Positions 31,459 to 43,019 of a stretch of 64,000 nt of DNA are shown piece after piece. The notes below the pieces were generated by a model. It did no database searches, was not told the origin of the DNA, and was given only the letters and a program-made list of their open reading frames with translations. Every line of letters starts with the position of its first letter. The stretch's first letter is position 1. The stretch comes from Alphaproteobacteria bacterium (lineage in GTDB: Bacteria; Pseudomonadota; Alphaproteobacteria; Rickettsiales; SXRF01): contig JANRJW010000005.1 of the NCBI GenBank assembly GCA_033763775.1, positions 9,230 through 73,229 on the forward strand, read 5' to 3'. Made by a program: the position numbers and the translations under genes.

Positions 31459-32731
31459 TCATTCACTGCGAAAACATAATCAGCATTTAGAGATTCGCCT
31501 CAACGCGGAAAAGCGTTTTCGCTGGTATGGCAGGGCGGCGCTCGGCTTTGCGGTGCTGGTGCTGGTGCTGCTGATTGGCAGCTTGTTTCTGCGCGGCGCG
31601 CCCGGTTTTGTGGCCAGCAAAGTGATATTGCCTGTTCAGCTTGACGCCGCGCTGCTGGATATGGACGAGGGACGCCATCCCGGCTCGCTGCCGCCTGCTG
31701 CTTATAATCGTATGATTCAGCAGGCGCTTAAAGCACAGTTTCCTGAAGTGACGCAGCCCTCTGAGCTACGCAGGTTGTATGGCTTGGTGAGCGCCAGCGC
31801 CGGGCTTTCCATCAAGCGCCTGCTTCAGGACGACAGCAAGCTGCTTGGCACCACCCAGACTATCACGCTTTATCTTTCCAGCCATGCTGATTTATATTTT
31901 AAAGGGCAGGTGGATGAGGCGGCGCCTGAATCTGAGCGCCGGCTTTCCAACCAGCAGATCAGCTGGCTGAAGCAACTGGAATCCAAGGGCATGATCCAGC
32001 TTTCCTTTAACGAACTTTTTTTAAGTGAAGGCGACTCCCGCACGCCAGAGCGCGCAGGTTTTCTGGGGGCGATGGTTGGCTCCGCGCTCACGCTCATCAT
32101 CTGCCTGCTGGTCGCATTTCCGCTGGGAGTAGCAACTGCCGTGTACCTTGAGGAATTTGCTGGCAAGGGGCGCTTTGTCGATATCATTGAAGTGAATATC
32201 AATAATCTCGCGGCGGTGCCATCGATTGTCTTTGGCCTGCTTGGGCTTTCGATTTACATCAATGTGATGGGGCTGCCGCGATCAGCCGCGCTGGTGGGCG
32301 GCGCTACGCTGGCGCTGATGGTGCTGCCGGTGATCATCATTGCCACGCGTTCTTCCTTGCGCGCCATTCCTGATTCGATTCGCGACGCGGCGCGCGCGCT
32401 CGGCGCTTCGCCGCTGCAGGTGGTGTGGCATCATACGCTGCCGCTTTCCATGCCCGGTATCATGACCGGCACCATCCTCGGCATGGCGCGCGCTATCGGC
32501 GAGACGGCGCCGCTGCTCATGATCGGCATGGTGGCCTTTGTTGCGGATGTGCCGCGCGGCTTTACTGATCCTGCCACGGCCATGCCGGTGCAGATTTTCC
32601 TCTGGGCGAGCAGCCCTGAGGCGGGCTTTGCTGAAAAAACTGCGGCGGGCATTCTGGTGCTGCTGGTGTTACTCCTTGCCATGAATGCGCTGGCCATTTA
32701 TTTACGCAAAAAATTTGAGGTTCGTTGGTGA
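31451..32731 (+). CDS. pstA: Phosphate ABC transporter permease PstA
   Basis: Start at the ATG with SD GGGAG, 8-nt overlap with pstC. EAA loop [22 protein letters not shown]. Long periplasmic insertion after TM1. Confidence 0.85.
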   Translation: MTSHSLRKHNQHLEIRLNAEKRFRWYGRAALGFAVLVLVLLIGSLFLRGAPGFVASKVILPVQLDAALLDMDEGRHPGSLPPAAYNRMIQQALKAQFPEVTQPSELRRLYGLVSASAGLSIKRLLQDDSKLLGTTQTITLYLSSHADLYFKGQVDEAAPESERRLSNQQISWLKQLESKGMIQLSFNELFLSEGDSRTPERAGFLGAMVGSALTLIICLLVAFPLGVATAVYLEEFAGKGRFVDIIEVNINNLAAVPSIVFGLLGLSIYINVMGLPRSAALVGGATLALMVLPVIIIATRSSLRAIPDSIRDAARALGASPLQVVWHHTLPLSMPGIMTGTILGMARAIGETAPLLMIGMVAFVADVPRGFTDPATAMPVQIFLWASSPEAGFAEKTAAGILVLLVLLLAMNALAIYLRKKFEVRW

Positions 32732-33486
32732 TGACAAAACTTTCTGCAGAGCATGTGAATGTGTTTTATGGTGCCAAACAGGCGCTGTTTGACGTGAATA
32801 TTCAGGCTGCCGACAAAACCGTCACTGCCCTTATCGGGCCTTCCGGCTGCGGCAAATCCACTTTTCTTCGCTGCATCAACCGCATGAATGACACGATTGA
32901 AGGCTGCCGTGTGGAGGGTAAAATTCTGGTCGATGGCGAGGATATCAACGACCCATCGCAGGATGTGGTGCAGCTTCGCTCGTGGATCGGCATGGTGTTT
33001 CAAAAACCCAACCCCTTTCCCAAAACGATTTATGAAAACATCGCCTACGGCCCGCGCATTCACCACATGGTCAGTGGTAAGGCAGAGATGGATGCGCTGG
33101 TGGAGCGCAGCCTGATGCGCGCTGGGCTATGGGATGAGGTCAAAGATCGCCTGCATGATATGGCAACCGGCCTGTCCGGCGGCCAGCAGCAGCGTCTGTG
33201 CATCGCCCGCACACTGTCGGTCAATCCGGAAATCATCCTCATGGATGAGCCGTGCTCGGCGCTCGACCCGATCGCCACTGCGCGCATCGAAGAGCTGATT
33301 ACCGAGCTGCGCCAGCATTATACCATTATTATTGTGACCCATTCCATGCAGCAGGCGGCTCGCGTTTCGCAGCAGACCTGTTTTTTCCATCTCGGCAAGG
33401 TGATTGAAACGGGCGACACCAAGCAGATTTTCTCTGCCCCTGTCCATAAACAGACGCAGGACTATATCATGGGACGCTACGGCTGA
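32731..33486 (+). CDS. pstB: Phosphate ABC transporter ATPase PstB
   Basis: [33 protein letters not shown] and VTHSMQQA. The ATG overlaps the pstA TGA by 1 nt; a TTG at 32725 is an alternative start. Confidence 0.92.
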   Translation: MTKLSAEHVNVFYGAKQALFDVNIQAADKTVTALIGPSGCGKSTFLRCINRMNDTIEGCRVEGKILVDGEDINDPSQDVVQLRSWIGMVFQKPNPFPKTIYENIAYGPRIHHMVSGKAEMDALVERSLMRAGLWDEVKDRLHDMATGLSGGQQQRLCIARTLSVNPEIILMDEPCSALDPIATARIEELITELRQHYTIIIVTHSMQQAARVSQQTCFFHLGKVIETGDTKQIFSAPVHKQTQDYIMGRYG

Positions 33487-33562
33487 TCCTGAGGCCTAGA
33501 CCTGGCGCTGATTTTCTGCTATAATAATCCATAAAATTTTATCTATTTCAGGATGTTATGCT

Positions 33563-34024
33563 ATGGGTTTTCCGGTCAACGAGCGCCGCATCACCGTCAG
33601 GCTCATGGCGTATTGGGAAAAGATCAGAGCCGGCCGGCCTATGCCGCGTGAGCAGGATGTGGATCCGGATGCGATCGCTGACCTGTGGGACTACTGTTTC
33701 CTGCTAAGCGTTAAAGATATGGGCAAGGAAGGCTACCAATATACCTATCTCGGCTCTGAGATTAAAAAAGCCTATCAGGGCGGGCTTTCCGAGGCGGACA
33801 CAGGCGGGCTGATCTCGCCCAATGCGGATCGCCTGGCGGATTGCTACATGGAAATTATCCACACGAAAGCGCCCGTGGTGGATGAAGGCGAGTTTCGTAA
33901 TAGCATCGGTGATATGGTCAAGTATCGCCAGTGCCTGCTGCCCCTTGGCGAGGATGGCGCGGTGAAGGCCGTTTTTGGCGGTATGCGCTATAAAATCTTT
34001 ACGGCTCAAATTATCCCCAAATAG
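33563..34024 (+). CDS. Small PAS_5-type (PF07310-like) PAS domain protein
   Basis: 153 aa. L..YW..IR.GR.MP.R.D.DP..I...W.. followed by a PAS-like core, a pattern common in alphaproteobacteria. Confidence 0.55.
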   Translation: MGFPVNERRITVRLMAYWEKIRAGRPMPREQDVDPDAIADLWDYCFLLSVKDMGKEGYQYTYLGSEIKKAYQGGLSEADTGGLISPNADRLADCYMEIIHTKAPVVDEGEFRNSIGDMVKYRQCLLPLGEDGAVKAVFGGMRYKIFTAQIIPK

Positions 34025-34103
34025 CTGTTGACTTGGCCAGCGCCATCCAATAGATTCCAGCTCCTTTTTTAGCAAATCGACTGTTTTTTATAGTGGTTTT
34101 TTT

Positions 34104-34565
34104 ATGCAGACCTATTCAGCTAAGCCTTCTGAAGTAAACAAGAAATGGCTTTTGATTGACGCCGATGGCGTCGTGCTTGGACGCCTCGCTTCGCACGTGG
34201 CGAAACTGCTTCGCGGCAAGCACAAAACGATATTCACTCCGCATATCGACACCGGCGATCATGTCGTTGTCATCAATGCCGAGAAGGTCAAAATGACCGG
34301 TAAAAAACGTTCGGTGAAGCAGTATCACCGCCATACCGGCTTTCCCGGCGGCATCAAAAGCCCCACCGCGGAATTCATTTTGAGCGGCCCGTTCCCTGAG
34401 CGCGTGATCGAAAAAGCGGTCGAGCGTATGATGCCGAAAGAAAGCCCGCTCGCTCGCCAGCAACTCACCAAACTCCGCGTTTATGCCGGCTCTCAGCACG
34501 AGCAGGAAGCGCAAAAGCCGGAAGTGTATAACTTCGCGGCCATGAATCCTAAGAATAAGAGGTAA
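34104..34565 (+). CDS. rplM: 50S ribosomal protein L13
   Basis: [40 protein letters not shown] is the L13 signature. Confidence 0.95.
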   Translation: MQTYSAKPSEVNKKWLLIDADGVVLGRLASHVAKLLRGKHKTIFTPHIDTGDHVVVINAEKVKMTGKKRSVKQYHRHTGFPGGIKSPTAEFILSGPFPERVIEKAVERMMPKESPLARQQLTKLRVYAGSQHEQEAQKPEVYNFAAMNPKNKR

Positions 34566-34568
34566 TCT

Positions 34569-35060
34569 GTGGCAACCGTGAAACCAAAAACCGGCAAAGC
34601 ACCGGCGTCTGTTAAACCTGCAGCTGCTCCTGTGAAGGCGGCAAAGCCGGCGAAAGAAAAATCGGCTTCGAACGAGCTCATCACCTATGGCACCGGCCGT
34701 CGCAAAGACGCGGTTGCACGTGTGTGGCTGAAGCGCGGCAACGGTAAAATCACCGTGAACGGCAAAGCCTTTGAAGTGTATTTTGCGCGTCCTGTGCTGC
34801 GCATGATCATCAACCAACCATTTCTCGCTGTGGATCGTATCGGCAACTTCGACATTAACTGCACGGTTGTTGGTGGTGGCCTTTCTGGTCAGGCTGGCGC
34901 TGTTCGTCTCGGCATCAGCCGCGCGCTGGACGAATATGATTCGATCTTCCACGGTGCACTTCGCAAAGGTGGCTTCCTTACCCGCGACAGCCGTGTGGTT
35001 GAGCGTAAGAAATACGGCCACAAAAAAGCACGCCGTAGCTTCCAGTTCAGCAAGCGCTGA
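34569..35060 (+). CDS. rpsI: 30S ribosomal protein S9 (Lys/Ala/Pro-rich N-terminal extension)
   Basis: [21 protein letters not shown] and the C-terminal [25 protein letters not shown]. Confidence 0.95.
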   Translation: MATVKPKTGKAPASVKPAAAPVKAAKPAKEKSASNELITYGTGRRKDAVARVWLKRGNGKITVNGKAFEVYFARPVLRMIINQPFLAVDRIGNFDINCTVVGGGLSGQAGAVRLGISRALDEYDSIFHGALRKGGFLTRDSRVVERKKYGHKKARRSFQFSKR

Positions 35061-35085
35061 TTTGGGTGTCTTTCATTCGAAAAAA

Positions 35086-35110
35086 AAGGCGCCAGCTGGC
35101 GCCTTTTTTG
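35086..35110 (+). terminator. Rho-independent (bidirectional-looking) terminator after rpsI
   Basis: AAAAAAAAGGCGCCAGCTGGCGCCTTTTTT is a perfect GGCGCCAG/CTGGCGCC stem flanked by A and T runs. Confidence 0.85.
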
Positions 35111-35125
35111 TTATAAGGAGTGTGT

Positions 35126-36169
35126 ATGCAGCCTAGCATCAACATCGCTATTTTAGGAGCCTCAGGCTATACCGGAGCAGAGCTGCTGAGGCTTCTACTT
35201 GTACACCCGTATGTCAATATTGCCGCCCTGACGGGCGATTCGCAGGCGGGAAAGCCCATCGAGTCCGTCTATCCACATCTTTACGAAAAAAAACTCCCTG
35301 CGCTGGTCAGGCATGAGGAGGTGGATTTCACAGCCATTGATCTGGTCTTTGCCTGCCTGCCACATGGCGAGACTCAGGCGGTTATTGCAGCGCTTCCCGA
35401 TCATCTGAAGATCATCGATTTATCTGCCGATTTCCGGCTATTTGATCCCAAGCTTTACGAAACATGGTATGGCCATCCACACCGCGCCATGCACCTGCAG
35501 GGCGAGGCGGTCTATGGTCTTGTCGAACATGCCCGCGCTGATATTCGAAAAGCACGCCTGATTGCCAATCCCGGCTGCTACCCCACCTCTGCTTTGCTGC
35601 CGCTTCTGCCTTTACTAAAAACTCATCATATACTCCCTGATGGTATCGTGATTGATTCAAAATCGGGTATCACTGGCGCGGGTAGAAGTGCCAAGCAGGC
35701 AAGTTTATTTGCTGAAATTGATGGCGGCATGTCGGCATATGGCGTCGCATCCCATCGCCATGCGCCGGAAATTGAGCAATCGCTCGGCTGGGCGGCGAAG
35801 CAGGATATCGTGGTGTCTTTCACTCCGCATCTGATACCGATGAATCGCGGCATTCTTTCCACCATCTATTGTACGCTTTCGCCGGCGCATAGCGCGGCAG
35901 ACGCGCGCCATGTGCTGGAGCAAACCTACAAACATGAAGCTTTTGTCGATATACTCCCAGAGGGTATCATGCCCTCTACCCATCAGGTGCGCGGCACGAA
36001 TCGCTGTGTTATTAATCTTGTTGCTGATCGCACGCGCGGCAGGCTGATTATTGTTTCTGTGATTGACAACCTGGTGAAAGGTGCGGCCGGGCAAGCAGTA
36101 CAGAACATGAATGTGATGGTCGGTTGGCCAGAAGAAACCGCACTCAACTACACGGCATTATTTCCATGA
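35126..36169 (+). CDS. argC: N-acetyl-gamma-glutamyl-phosphate reductase
   Basis: INIAILGASGYTGAELLRLL (NAD-binding), active site ANPGCYPTS, and GKGAAGQAVQNMN. Start at the ATG, 5 nt after SD AAGGAG. Confidence 0.9.
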   Translation: MQPSINIAILGASGYTGAELLRLLLVHPYVNIAALTGDSQAGKPIESVYPHLYEKKLPALVRHEEVDFTAIDLVFACLPHGETQAVIAALPDHLKIIDLSADFRLFDPKLYETWYGHPHRAMHLQGEAVYGLVEHARADIRKARLIANPGCYPTSALLPLLPLLKTHHILPDGIVIDSKSGITGAGRSAKQASLFAEIDGGMSAYGVASHRHAPEIEQSLGWAAKQDIVVSFTPHLIPMNRGILSTIYCTLSPAHSAADARHVLEQTYKHEAFVDILPEGIMPSTHQVRGTNRCVINLVADRTRGRLIIVSVIDNLVKGAAGQAVQNMNVMVGWPEETALNYTALFP

Positions 36170-36726
36170 ACGCTCCCATCATTCTTCCTTACCGTGGTGA
36201 ATATGCCCCCGAGGGGGTATCGCCTGTTATTTCGCCCAAGGCATGGGTTGCCCCCGGTGCGGTGGTGGTGGGGGATGTGCATATTGGCGCGGGCACAGGG
36301 GTGTGGTTCGGCTGCGTCATCCGCGGTGATGTTGCGCCAGTTCGTATCGGCAGCCGCACCAACATTCAAGACGGCACCATCATCCATGTCACGCGTAGTA
36401 CCGGCCCCACAACCATCGGCTCCAACATCACCATTGGCCATGCGGCGCTGCTTCATGCCTGCATGCTCGAAGATGACTGTTTTGTCGGCATGCGCGCCAC
36501 GATCATGGATGGCGCGGTGGTCGAAAGTGGGGCGATGGTGGCGGCCGGAGCGCTGGTTACGCCCGGAAAGCGCATCCCCAGCGGGCAGCTCTGGGCAGGT
36601 AATCCTGCTAGATATTTCAGGGACTTAAGCCCGCAGGAAAAAGCTTTTATCGCCATTTCCGCCGAGAATTATTACAAACATATTGCAGAATATCAGGCGC
36701 TTAACCAAACCGCCGCGACGTCATAA
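36166..36726 (+). CDS. Gamma-carbonic-anhydrase-like / hexapeptide-repeat (LbH) protein
   Basis: Left-handed beta-helix repeats (VVGDVHIGAGTGVWFGCVIRGD...IGSRTNIQDGTIIH...ITIGHAALLHACMLEDDCFVGM). ATGA overlap with the argC stop. Confidence 0.8.
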   Translation: MNAPIILPYRGEYAPEGVSPVISPKAWVAPGAVVVGDVHIGAGTGVWFGCVIRGDVAPVRIGSRTNIQDGTIIHVTRSTGPTTIGSNITIGHAALLHACMLEDDCFVGMRATIMDGAVVESGAMVAAGALVTPGKRIPSGQLWAGNPARYFRDLSPQEKAFIAISAENYYKHIAEYQALNQTAATS

Positions 36727-36786
36727 AACTTTCACATTTCTAGCGCCGCTTTTGAGTTACAATACAAAAGTGGAGAAACTTATCTC

Positions 36787-37914
36787 ATGTCGCAAGTGTT
36801 AGAAAAAGCTGGCTCTGCGCTTCACACAGGAACCAAGGAACTGGTTCAGGTGGGCGGCGATAAAGCCACATTCACCGCTTTTATGGCGGCGTCGAATCCT
36901 GCAGGCACAGCCGCGGGGACAGGCGCAGGCGCGGCCAGCGCCGGTGCGGCCTCTGTATCCGGCTCGGCATTGCTTGGCGGCGTGGGGGTGGGTGCGGCAG
37001 TCAGCGCGATTGTCGCGCAGATGGAATATGTTGCCAAGAAGCGCGACATTCGCAACATGCTGAGGCAGGAAATTGCCGTATCACAGTCCAAGACGCTCGA
37101 TGCGGTCACCAACGACGATGTCGACAGCCTCTCGAAAAAGAGCGGCGTGATCGCCATCCAGATGGAAAAGAATAAAAAAGAACGCAACGTCTCCATCGGC
37201 ACAATTTTCATTGCCACGGTCGCCACGGCTGCATTGCTTACGGTCATGTCGGGCGGCTTTGGTATTCTGGCGACAAGCATGTTTGCGCCGGTGGCAGCCT
37301 ATGGTGAGATCGCCGTGTTCGCCGCCAAGGTGGCAACCAGCTTGCTGGCTTTTGGCGCTATTAAAAAACCACTCACCATGATTGCTGAAAAAGCGTTTGG
37401 TTTAGATAAGAAAACAACCTTCGAGCGCATTGCCTCCATTGCTAAAGACCGCGAGGATGACCGCAAAATTACAAAAGAGCGTGTGATGTCCGTGTTTGTG
37501 AGCGCCAATCCGGAGATTGATGATTACATCACTGCGACTTATGGAAATAGTTTCGATAAACTCAAAGTTGCAGATAAGGAAACGATCATTCAGACACTGG
37601 GTGAAAAACTCGGTATCACGGCGATAACGGATGACATCAACGCTGGCCGCATCCGTGCGACCGAGCTGACCTTTAAAGTCGAGGGTAAAGCTTCCGGCGT
37701 GCTGCCGACGGCGGGCGAAAAACCCAACCATACCGTGCTCATGACCATCAAGGAGCGGCTGCATCAGGTGGCAGAGCATCTTCCTGGCCATCACCACCAT
37801 GATCAACCGCAGCGAAGCTTTGTCGAGCGTGTTGCGCGCGTACCAGCAGAGCAGGTGGGCTATGTGCAGCGCCTGAATGAATCACGCGCAGCCGAAGCAG
37901 CAGTCCAGCGCTAA
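36787..37914 (+). CDS. Hypothetical membrane protein with Ala/Gly-rich N-terminus, about 55-aa bilobed hydrophobic block and His run
   Basis: 375-aa ORF with SD GGAGA. Hydrophobic stretch IGTIFIATVATAALLTVMSGGFGILATSMFAPVAAYGEIAVFAAKVATSLLAFGAI, and HLPGHHHHDQ near the C-terminus. No family recognised. Confidence 0.5.
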   Translation: MSQVLEKAGSALHTGTKELVQVGGDKATFTAFMAASNPAGTAAGTGAGAASAGAASVSGSALLGGVGVGAAVSAIVAQMEYVAKKRDIRNMLRQEIAVSQSKTLDAVTNDDVDSLSKKSGVIAIQMEKNKKERNVSIGTIFIATVATAALLTVMSGGFGILATSMFAPVAAYGEIAVFAAKVATSLLAFGAIKKPLTMIAEKAFGLDKKTTFERIASIAKDREDDRKITKERVMSVFVSANPEIDDYITATYGNSFDKLKVADKETIIQTLGEKLGITAITDDINAGRIRATELTFKVEGKASGVLPTAGEKPNHTVLMTIKERLHQVAEHLPGHHHHDQPQRSFVERVARVPAEQVGYVQRLNESRAAEAAVQR

Positions 37915-38723
37915 TTGCCGTTAAATTTCCCGACAGTAAAACCGTGGCCAAGAGGCCCGTGGCCATTGCCAAGCTGCGGCGCATGGGTGATCGCCTGCTG
38001 CACATAACCATGAGCACGTTTTACTGCTGCCGCAAGTGGCATGCCCTGAGCAAGGCCGGTGGCAATTGCCGAGGCGAGCGTACAGCCGGTGCCATGAGTG
38101 TGGGGGGTATCTCGTTTTGGGCTTCTAAGCCAGAGCATCTGCTCGCCATCCATCAGCAGGTCACTTAGCGCATCCCCCTCAAGATGTCCGCCCTTCAGCA
38201 GCACTGCGCGGCAGCCGAGCGACTGTATGGCGCGAGCGGCCTCAGGCATATCGTCCGTGCTGCCAATGGTCATACCGCTTAAAAATTCCGCTTCTGGAAT
38301 ATTGGGGGTGATAATGGTTGCTAGCGGAATCAGTGTATTTTTCAGCGCAGCCAGCGCGCCTTTTTCCAGCAGCGCTGCGCCGCCCTTCGCAAACATCACC
38401 GGATCAAGCACATAAGGAATATTCGGATAACGGCGTATCTCACTGGCTACTTTTTCAATCACGCTGGCGCTGTGCAGCATCCCGCTTTTAAAGCTGTCAG
38501 CGCCGATATCGCTCATGACCGATTCAATCTGCTGAGCAATGAAGTCAGGGGCAATGGGCAGAATAGCCTGCACCCCCAGAGTGTTTTGTGCGGTGAGTGC
38601 CGTGATCGCGCTGGCGGCATAACCGCCAAGGCAGGTCACTGTTTTAATGTCGCCCTGAATACCAGCGCCTCCGCCAGAGTCTGATCCCGCGATGATCAGC
38701 ACACGGCCAGATGCGGCTTTCAT
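37911..38723 (-). CDS. thiD: Hydroxymethylpyrimidine/phosphomethylpyrimidine kinase
   Basis: VLIIAGSDSGGGAGIQGDIKT, LDPVM..KGG and HGTGCTLASAIA motifs. Confidence 0.9.
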   Translation of the reverse strand: MKAASGRVLIIAGSDSGGGAGIQGDIKTVTCLGGYAASAITALTAQNTLGVQAILPIAPDFIAQQIESVMSDIGADSFKSGMLHSASVIEKVASEIRRYPNIPYVLDPVMFAKGGAALLEKGALAALKNTLIPLATIITPNIPEAEFLSGMTIGSTDDMPEAARAIQSLGCRAVLLKGGHLEGDALSDLLMDGEQMLWLRSPKRDTPHTHGTGCTLASAIATGLAQGMPLAAAVKRAHGYVQQAITHAPQLGNGHGPLGHGFTVGKFNGN

Positions 38724-40063
38724 CAGGCTGCTTTCTCTAGTGATTCACAGATGGAGGCAACGACGCCTTGCACCATATCCGGGCTTTCGGCCTCTGCCAT
38801 GACGCGTATCAGAGGTTCGGTGCCGGATTCACGGATGAACACACGCCCGGCGCTGCCGAGTGTTTTTCTGGCACGCTCAATGGCTTCCTGCACCGAACTA
38901 TTTTTCAGCGGGGAAGTGCCTTGATAAGGAACATTGCGCAGCAGCTGCGGCAGGGGTGTAAAAAGCCTGCTGCACTCTGAAATTCTGCGCCCATCTTCGC
39001 GGGCATAGGCCAGTAGCTGAAGCGCAGCGATGATGCCATCGCCGGTTGTTGCATAGTCAGAAAGGATGACATGGCCAGACTGCTCGCCGCCAATATTATA
39101 GCCTTCAGCGCGCATGCGCTCCACCACATAGCGATCGCCCACCTTGGTGCGCGCCAGCGATAAGCCAAGGCTGGCGAGATAACGCTCAAGCCCCATGTTG
39201 GACATATCGGTGGCGACAATACCCCCACCCCGTATCGTGCCCATATGGTGACAATGCGTGGCAATCATCGCCATCACCTGATCGCCATCCGCGAGATGGC
39301 CAGTTTCATCGCACACCACCAGCCGGTCTGCATCACCATCCAGTGCGATGCCAAGATGGGCTTTTTCCTTAACCACCGTGTCACACAGCAGCTTGGGGGA
39401 AGTGGAGCCGCAGCCTTCGTTGATGTTAAAGCCATCCGGCGTCACCCCTATCGCCACAACCTCTGCCCCCAGCTCGCGCAGGATGGTGGGCGCCACCTGA
39501 TAGGCAGCGCCGTTGGCGCAATCAACCACAATCTTCATGCCTTCAAGCGTGAGCTGCTTGGGGAAGGTGGCTTTGGCAAATTCAATATACCGCCCCTGGG
39601 CATCATCCAGGCGTCTGGCACGGCCTAATTTATCAGCCTTGGCGCAGGCTATATCCTGCGAGGCAAGGATCATTGCTTCAATTTTGTTTTCGGTGTCATC
39701 CGAAAGTTTGTAGCCGTCCGGGCCAAAGAGCTTAATGCCGTTATCATGATAGGCGTTGTGCGAGGCAGAAATCATCACCCCGAGATCCGCTCGCATGGAT
39801 TTCACCAGCATGGCAACGGCCGGTGTTGGCATGGGGCCGACCAGCACCACATCCATGCCCACAGCAATGAAGCCAGCCGTCAGCGCCGGTTCAATCATGT
39901 AGCCGGAAAGGCGGGTGTCCTTGGCGATGACCACGCGGTGGCGATGATTCCCGCGTAGAAACTGCGTGCCTGCGGCCATGCCAACTTTCAGGGCAAGTTC
40001 GGCGGTCATGGGATATTCTCCAGCCGCGCCGCGTATGCCGTCTGTGCCGAAGAGCCGCGCCAT
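38723..40063 (-). CDS. glmM: Phosphoglucosamine mutase
   Basis: LFGTDGIRG, active-site [22 protein letters not shown] and GGEQSGH. Confidence 0.93.
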   Translation of the reverse strand: MARLFGTDGIRGAAGEYPMTAELALKVGMAAGTQFLRGNHRHRVVIAKDTRLSGYMIEPALTAGFIAVGMDVVLVGPMPTPAVAMLVKSMRADLGVMISASHNAYHDNGIKLFGPDGYKLSDDTENKIEAMILASQDIACAKADKLGRARRLDDAQGRYIEFAKATFPKQLTLEGMKIVVDCANGAAYQVAPTILRELGAEVVAIGVTPDGFNINEGCGSTSPKLLCDTVVKEKAHLGIALDGDADRLVVCDETGHLADGDQVMAMIATHCHHMGTIRGGGIVATDMSNMGLERYLASLGLSLARTKVGDRYVVERMRAEGYNIGGEQSGHVILSDYATTGDGIIAALQLLAYAREDGRRISECSRLFTPLPQLLRNVPYQGTSPLKNSSVQEAIERARKTLGSAGRVFIRESGTEPLIRVMAEAESPDMVQGVVASICESLEKAA

Positions 40064-40065
40064 GA

Positions 40066-42006
40066 TCAGGCCGTCGGCTGGTCGTCGGTGCCGGTCTTCT
40101 TGCTGCGTGAGGAGGGCAGGGAAGACTTCACCAGCGTGGGCTTTTTAACGCCGCCATCATCTGGTTTGCTGCGGATTGGCTCGCCCTTGATGATGGCCTT
40201 AATCTCATCACCCGAGAGGGTTTCATACTCAAGCAACGCTTTGGCAATAGCGTGCAGCTGGCCCAGGTTGTCGTTTAATATCTGGCGCGCCTTTTCATGA
40301 GCGCCCTCAACGATTTTTTTCACCTCGTCATCGATCATGTTCGCCATCTGCTCAGATACTGCCTGCGACTGCTGTCCCATGCTGTAGCCAAGGAAAACCT
40401 CCTGCTGGTCGGAGCCATAAAAAAGCGGGCCAATCTTATCGGACATACCCCATTCCGTGACCATCGCACGGGCGAGTTTGGTTGCGTATTTGATATCACT
40501 GGAAGCGCCGCTGGAAACTTTTTCGTAACCGAAAATAATTTCTTCTGCGACACGGCCGCCCATGGAAACGGCAAGATCGGCATACATTTTTTCGCGCTTG
40601 TAGGAAAGCTTATCGGATTCCGGCAGGCGCATCACCATACCCAGCGCGCGGCCACGCGGGATGATGGTCGCTTTATGAATCGGATCCGACGCCGGTTCGT
40701 AAAGCGATACCAGCGCATGGCCACCTTCGTGGTAGGCGGTCATGGTTTTTTCTTCTTCACTCATCACCATCGATTTGCGCTCAGCGCCCATCATGACCTT
40801 GTCTTTGGCTGCTTCCAGATCACGCATGGTGACCACTTTCTTGCCCTGACGCGCAGCAAGCAGCGCGCTCTCGTTCACGATGTTCGCAAGATCAGCGCCA
40901 GAAAAGCCGGGGGTGCCACGTGCGATCACGTGTGCATCCACATCCGGCGCTTTGGGCACTTTTTTCAGATGCACTTCAAGAATTTTGGCACGGCCGTTGA
41001 TGTCTGGGTTGGGTACGACAATCTGGCGGTCAAAGCGACCCGGGCGCAGCAGCGCCGGATCCAGCACATCGGGGCGGTTGGTTGCCGCCACGATAATCAC
41101 TGATTCATTGGCCTCAAACCCATCCATTTCCACCAGCAGCTGGTTTAAGGTCTGCTCACGCTCGTCGTTACCGCCGCCAAGGCCAGCGCCGCGATGACGA
41201 CCCACCGCATCAATCTCATCAATGAAAATAATGCAGGGAGCATTTTTTTTGCCCTGCTCAAACATATCACGCACGCGCGACGCGCCCACCCCCACAAACA
41301 TCTCCACAAAATCTGAGCCGGAGATGGTAAAGAATGGCACCTTCGCTTCACCAGCAATGGCGCGGGCAAGCAGGGTTTTACCGGTGCCTGGTGGACCCAC
41401 CAGCAAACACCCCCGGGGTATCTTGCCCCCCAGGCGCTGGTATTTCTGCGGGTCTTTGAGAAAATCAACAATCTCCACCAGCTCATCTTTGGCTTCTTCG
41501 ATGCCGGCCACATCATCAAAAGTCACGCGCTCGGTGCGCTCGGTGAGGAGCTTGGCGCGAGACTTGCCAAAACCCAGCGCGCCGCCACGGCCGCCGCCGC
41601 CCTGCATCTGGCGCATGAAGAAAACATACACCCCAATAAGAAGCAGAATGGGAAACCACGAAGCAAGCACGCTCCAGAACGAACTCATCGCGCCATCATC
41701 GCTGCTTGCGGAAATTTTAACGCCTTTATCGGCCAGTTTTTCAACGAGGTTCGGGTAGTCGGGCGATTGCGTGATAAACGCCGCGCCATCGCTCATATGG
41801 CCGGTGATCACAGAGCCTTTTGACTGAGTGCTTTTGATGGTGACATCGCTGACCTGCCCTTGATCGACTTTGCTCAGGAAATCAGAAAAAGCGAGGCGGT
41901 TATAGCCCGCTGTTTGCGCGCCATCCTGAAACATATTGAACATGGCCACCAGCATGATGCCGATCACCAGCCACACAAAAACATTCTTTCCGAAATTCGT
42001 AGGCAT
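40066..42006 (-). CDS. ftsH: ATP-dependent zinc metalloprotease FtsH
   Basis: Two TM helices, AAA+ domain ([28 protein letters not shown]), SRH, and the Zn motif HEGGHAL. Confidence 0.96.
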   Translation of the reverse strand: MPTNFGKNVFVWLVIGIMLVAMFNMFQDGAQTAGYNRLAFSDFLSKVDQGQVSDVTIKSTQSKGSVITGHMSDGAAFITQSPDYPNLVEKLADKGVKISASSDDGAMSSFWSVLASWFPILLLIGVYVFFMRQMQGGGGRGGALGFGKSRAKLLTERTERVTFDDVAGIEEAKDELVEIVDFLKDPQKYQRLGGKIPRGCLLVGPPGTGKTLLARAIAGEAKVPFFTISGSDFVEMFVGVGASRVRDMFEQGKKNAPCIIFIDEIDAVGRHRGAGLGGGNDEREQTLNQLLVEMDGFEANESVIIVAATNRPDVLDPALLRPGRFDRQIVVPNPDINGRAKILEVHLKKVPKAPDVDAHVIARGTPGFSGADLANIVNESALLAARQGKKVVTMRDLEAAKDKVMMGAERKSMVMSEEEKTMTAYHEGGHALVSLYEPASDPIHKATIIPRGRALGMVMRLPESDKLSYKREKMYADLAVSMGGRVAEEIIFGYEKVSSGASSDIKYATKLARAMVTEWGMSDKIGPLFYGSDQQEVFLGYSMGQQSQAVSEQMANMIDDEVKKIVEGAHEKARQILNDNLGQLHAIAKALLEYETLSGDEIKAIIKGEPIRSKPDDGGVKKPTLVKSSLPSSRSKKTGTDDQPTA

Positions 42007-42065
42007 GTAGGATCCCTATATGAAATGCGCTTAGGGTAAAGAATATGGCACTATGCCATCGTTTT

Positions 42066-43019
42066 TCAAGTCTTTCCGCTGATTTTAATTGCATCCACTC
42101 CGATTCGCTTAAAACCAAGCCCGGCCAGCTCGTAAGCGGTAAAATCTTCATCTTTCAGGCATCTGGCAAGGCGCGCGAGTTTAGCGCTGCGCGGCGGGTG
42201 GGTATCGCCTGTAAGCTGCGTAATCAGGCGGGCGAGCATGAGCAGCCCAAGTTCGCAGGGAAGATGTTTAAAGCCAGACAGGCTTAGTATCGCGTGCCCG
42301 CCATCCATCCGCGTCGTTTCTGCCAGCGCCGCTGACAGCTGATGTTCTACATGCCCGCGCATGCGGCCGAAAAACTCGGCGAGTCCGGCTGCGCGCGCTT
42401 CGATGCGCTCATAGTCGGGGTGCTGCTGTAATGCCTGGCGCAGTACATTGCGAACATAGCGCGGGCTATGGTTGCTTTCATCTTCCAGCCATGGCTGGTT
42501 TTGCGTTTGAAGATAATTTATCAGCTGCGATTTAGGGATGTTCAGCAGCGGCCGCACTAAGCTGATGCCGTGGCGCTGCGACAAGGGCGCTATCGAGGCA
42601 AGGCCGAGCAATCCGCTGCCGCGCCCCAGCCGGAAAAACAGTGTTTCGGCCTGGTCGCCGCGATGATGGCCGGTGGCCAGCGCCGGATAGCCATTGGCCG
42701 CACACCAAGCACTCAGCAGCTGGTAACGCGCCTCGCGTGCATCGGCCTGCCTGCGTTTAATCGCTATCCCCATGGCCGCTGCGCTCAGAATATGATGCGA
42801 AACCCCCAGCTGATGACACCAGACAGCCACTTGCTTCGCCTCAGCGGCGGCGGCTTCTCTCAGGCCGTGATCCACCGTCAGTGCGGCTATCTCACCGCCA
42901 TGCGCCGCTGCCCATGCGCGCGCAAGCAGCAACAGCGCCATGCTGTCAGCACCGCCAGACACAGCAATCGCCACGCGGCAATCAGTAAAATGAACGGCTA
43001 AGGGTGCGTCAGCAGCCAA
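42066..43019 (-). CDS. tilS: tRNA(Ile)-lysidine synthase (short form)
   Basis: PP-loop IAVSGGADSMALLLL. The position between cpoB and ftsH is the usual alphaproteobacterial one. Confidence 0.8.
   Translation of the reverse strand: MAADAPLAVHFTDCRVAIAVSGGADSMALLLLARAWAAAHGGEIAALTVDHGLREAAAAEAKQVAVWCHQLGVSHHILSAAAMGIAIKRRQADAREARYQLLSAWCAANGYPALATGHHRGDQAETLFFRLGRGSGLLGLASIAPLSQRHGISLVRPLLNIPKSQLINYLQTQNQPWLEDESNHSPRYVRNVLRQALQQHPDYERIEARAAGLAEFFGRMRGHVEHQLSAALAETTRMDGGHAILSLSGFKHLPCELGLLMLARLITQLTGDTHPPRSAKLARLARCLKDEDFTAYELAGLGFKRIGVDAIKISGKT

Noticed and set aside
34116-35021. 301-aa ORF antisense to rplM-rpsI
   Set aside because: It is a shadow of two universally conserved ribosomal protein genes, with no start context or motifs.
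40297-41103. 268-aa ORF antisense to ftsH
   Set aside because: It is a shadow ORF opposite a near-invariant FtsH sequence.
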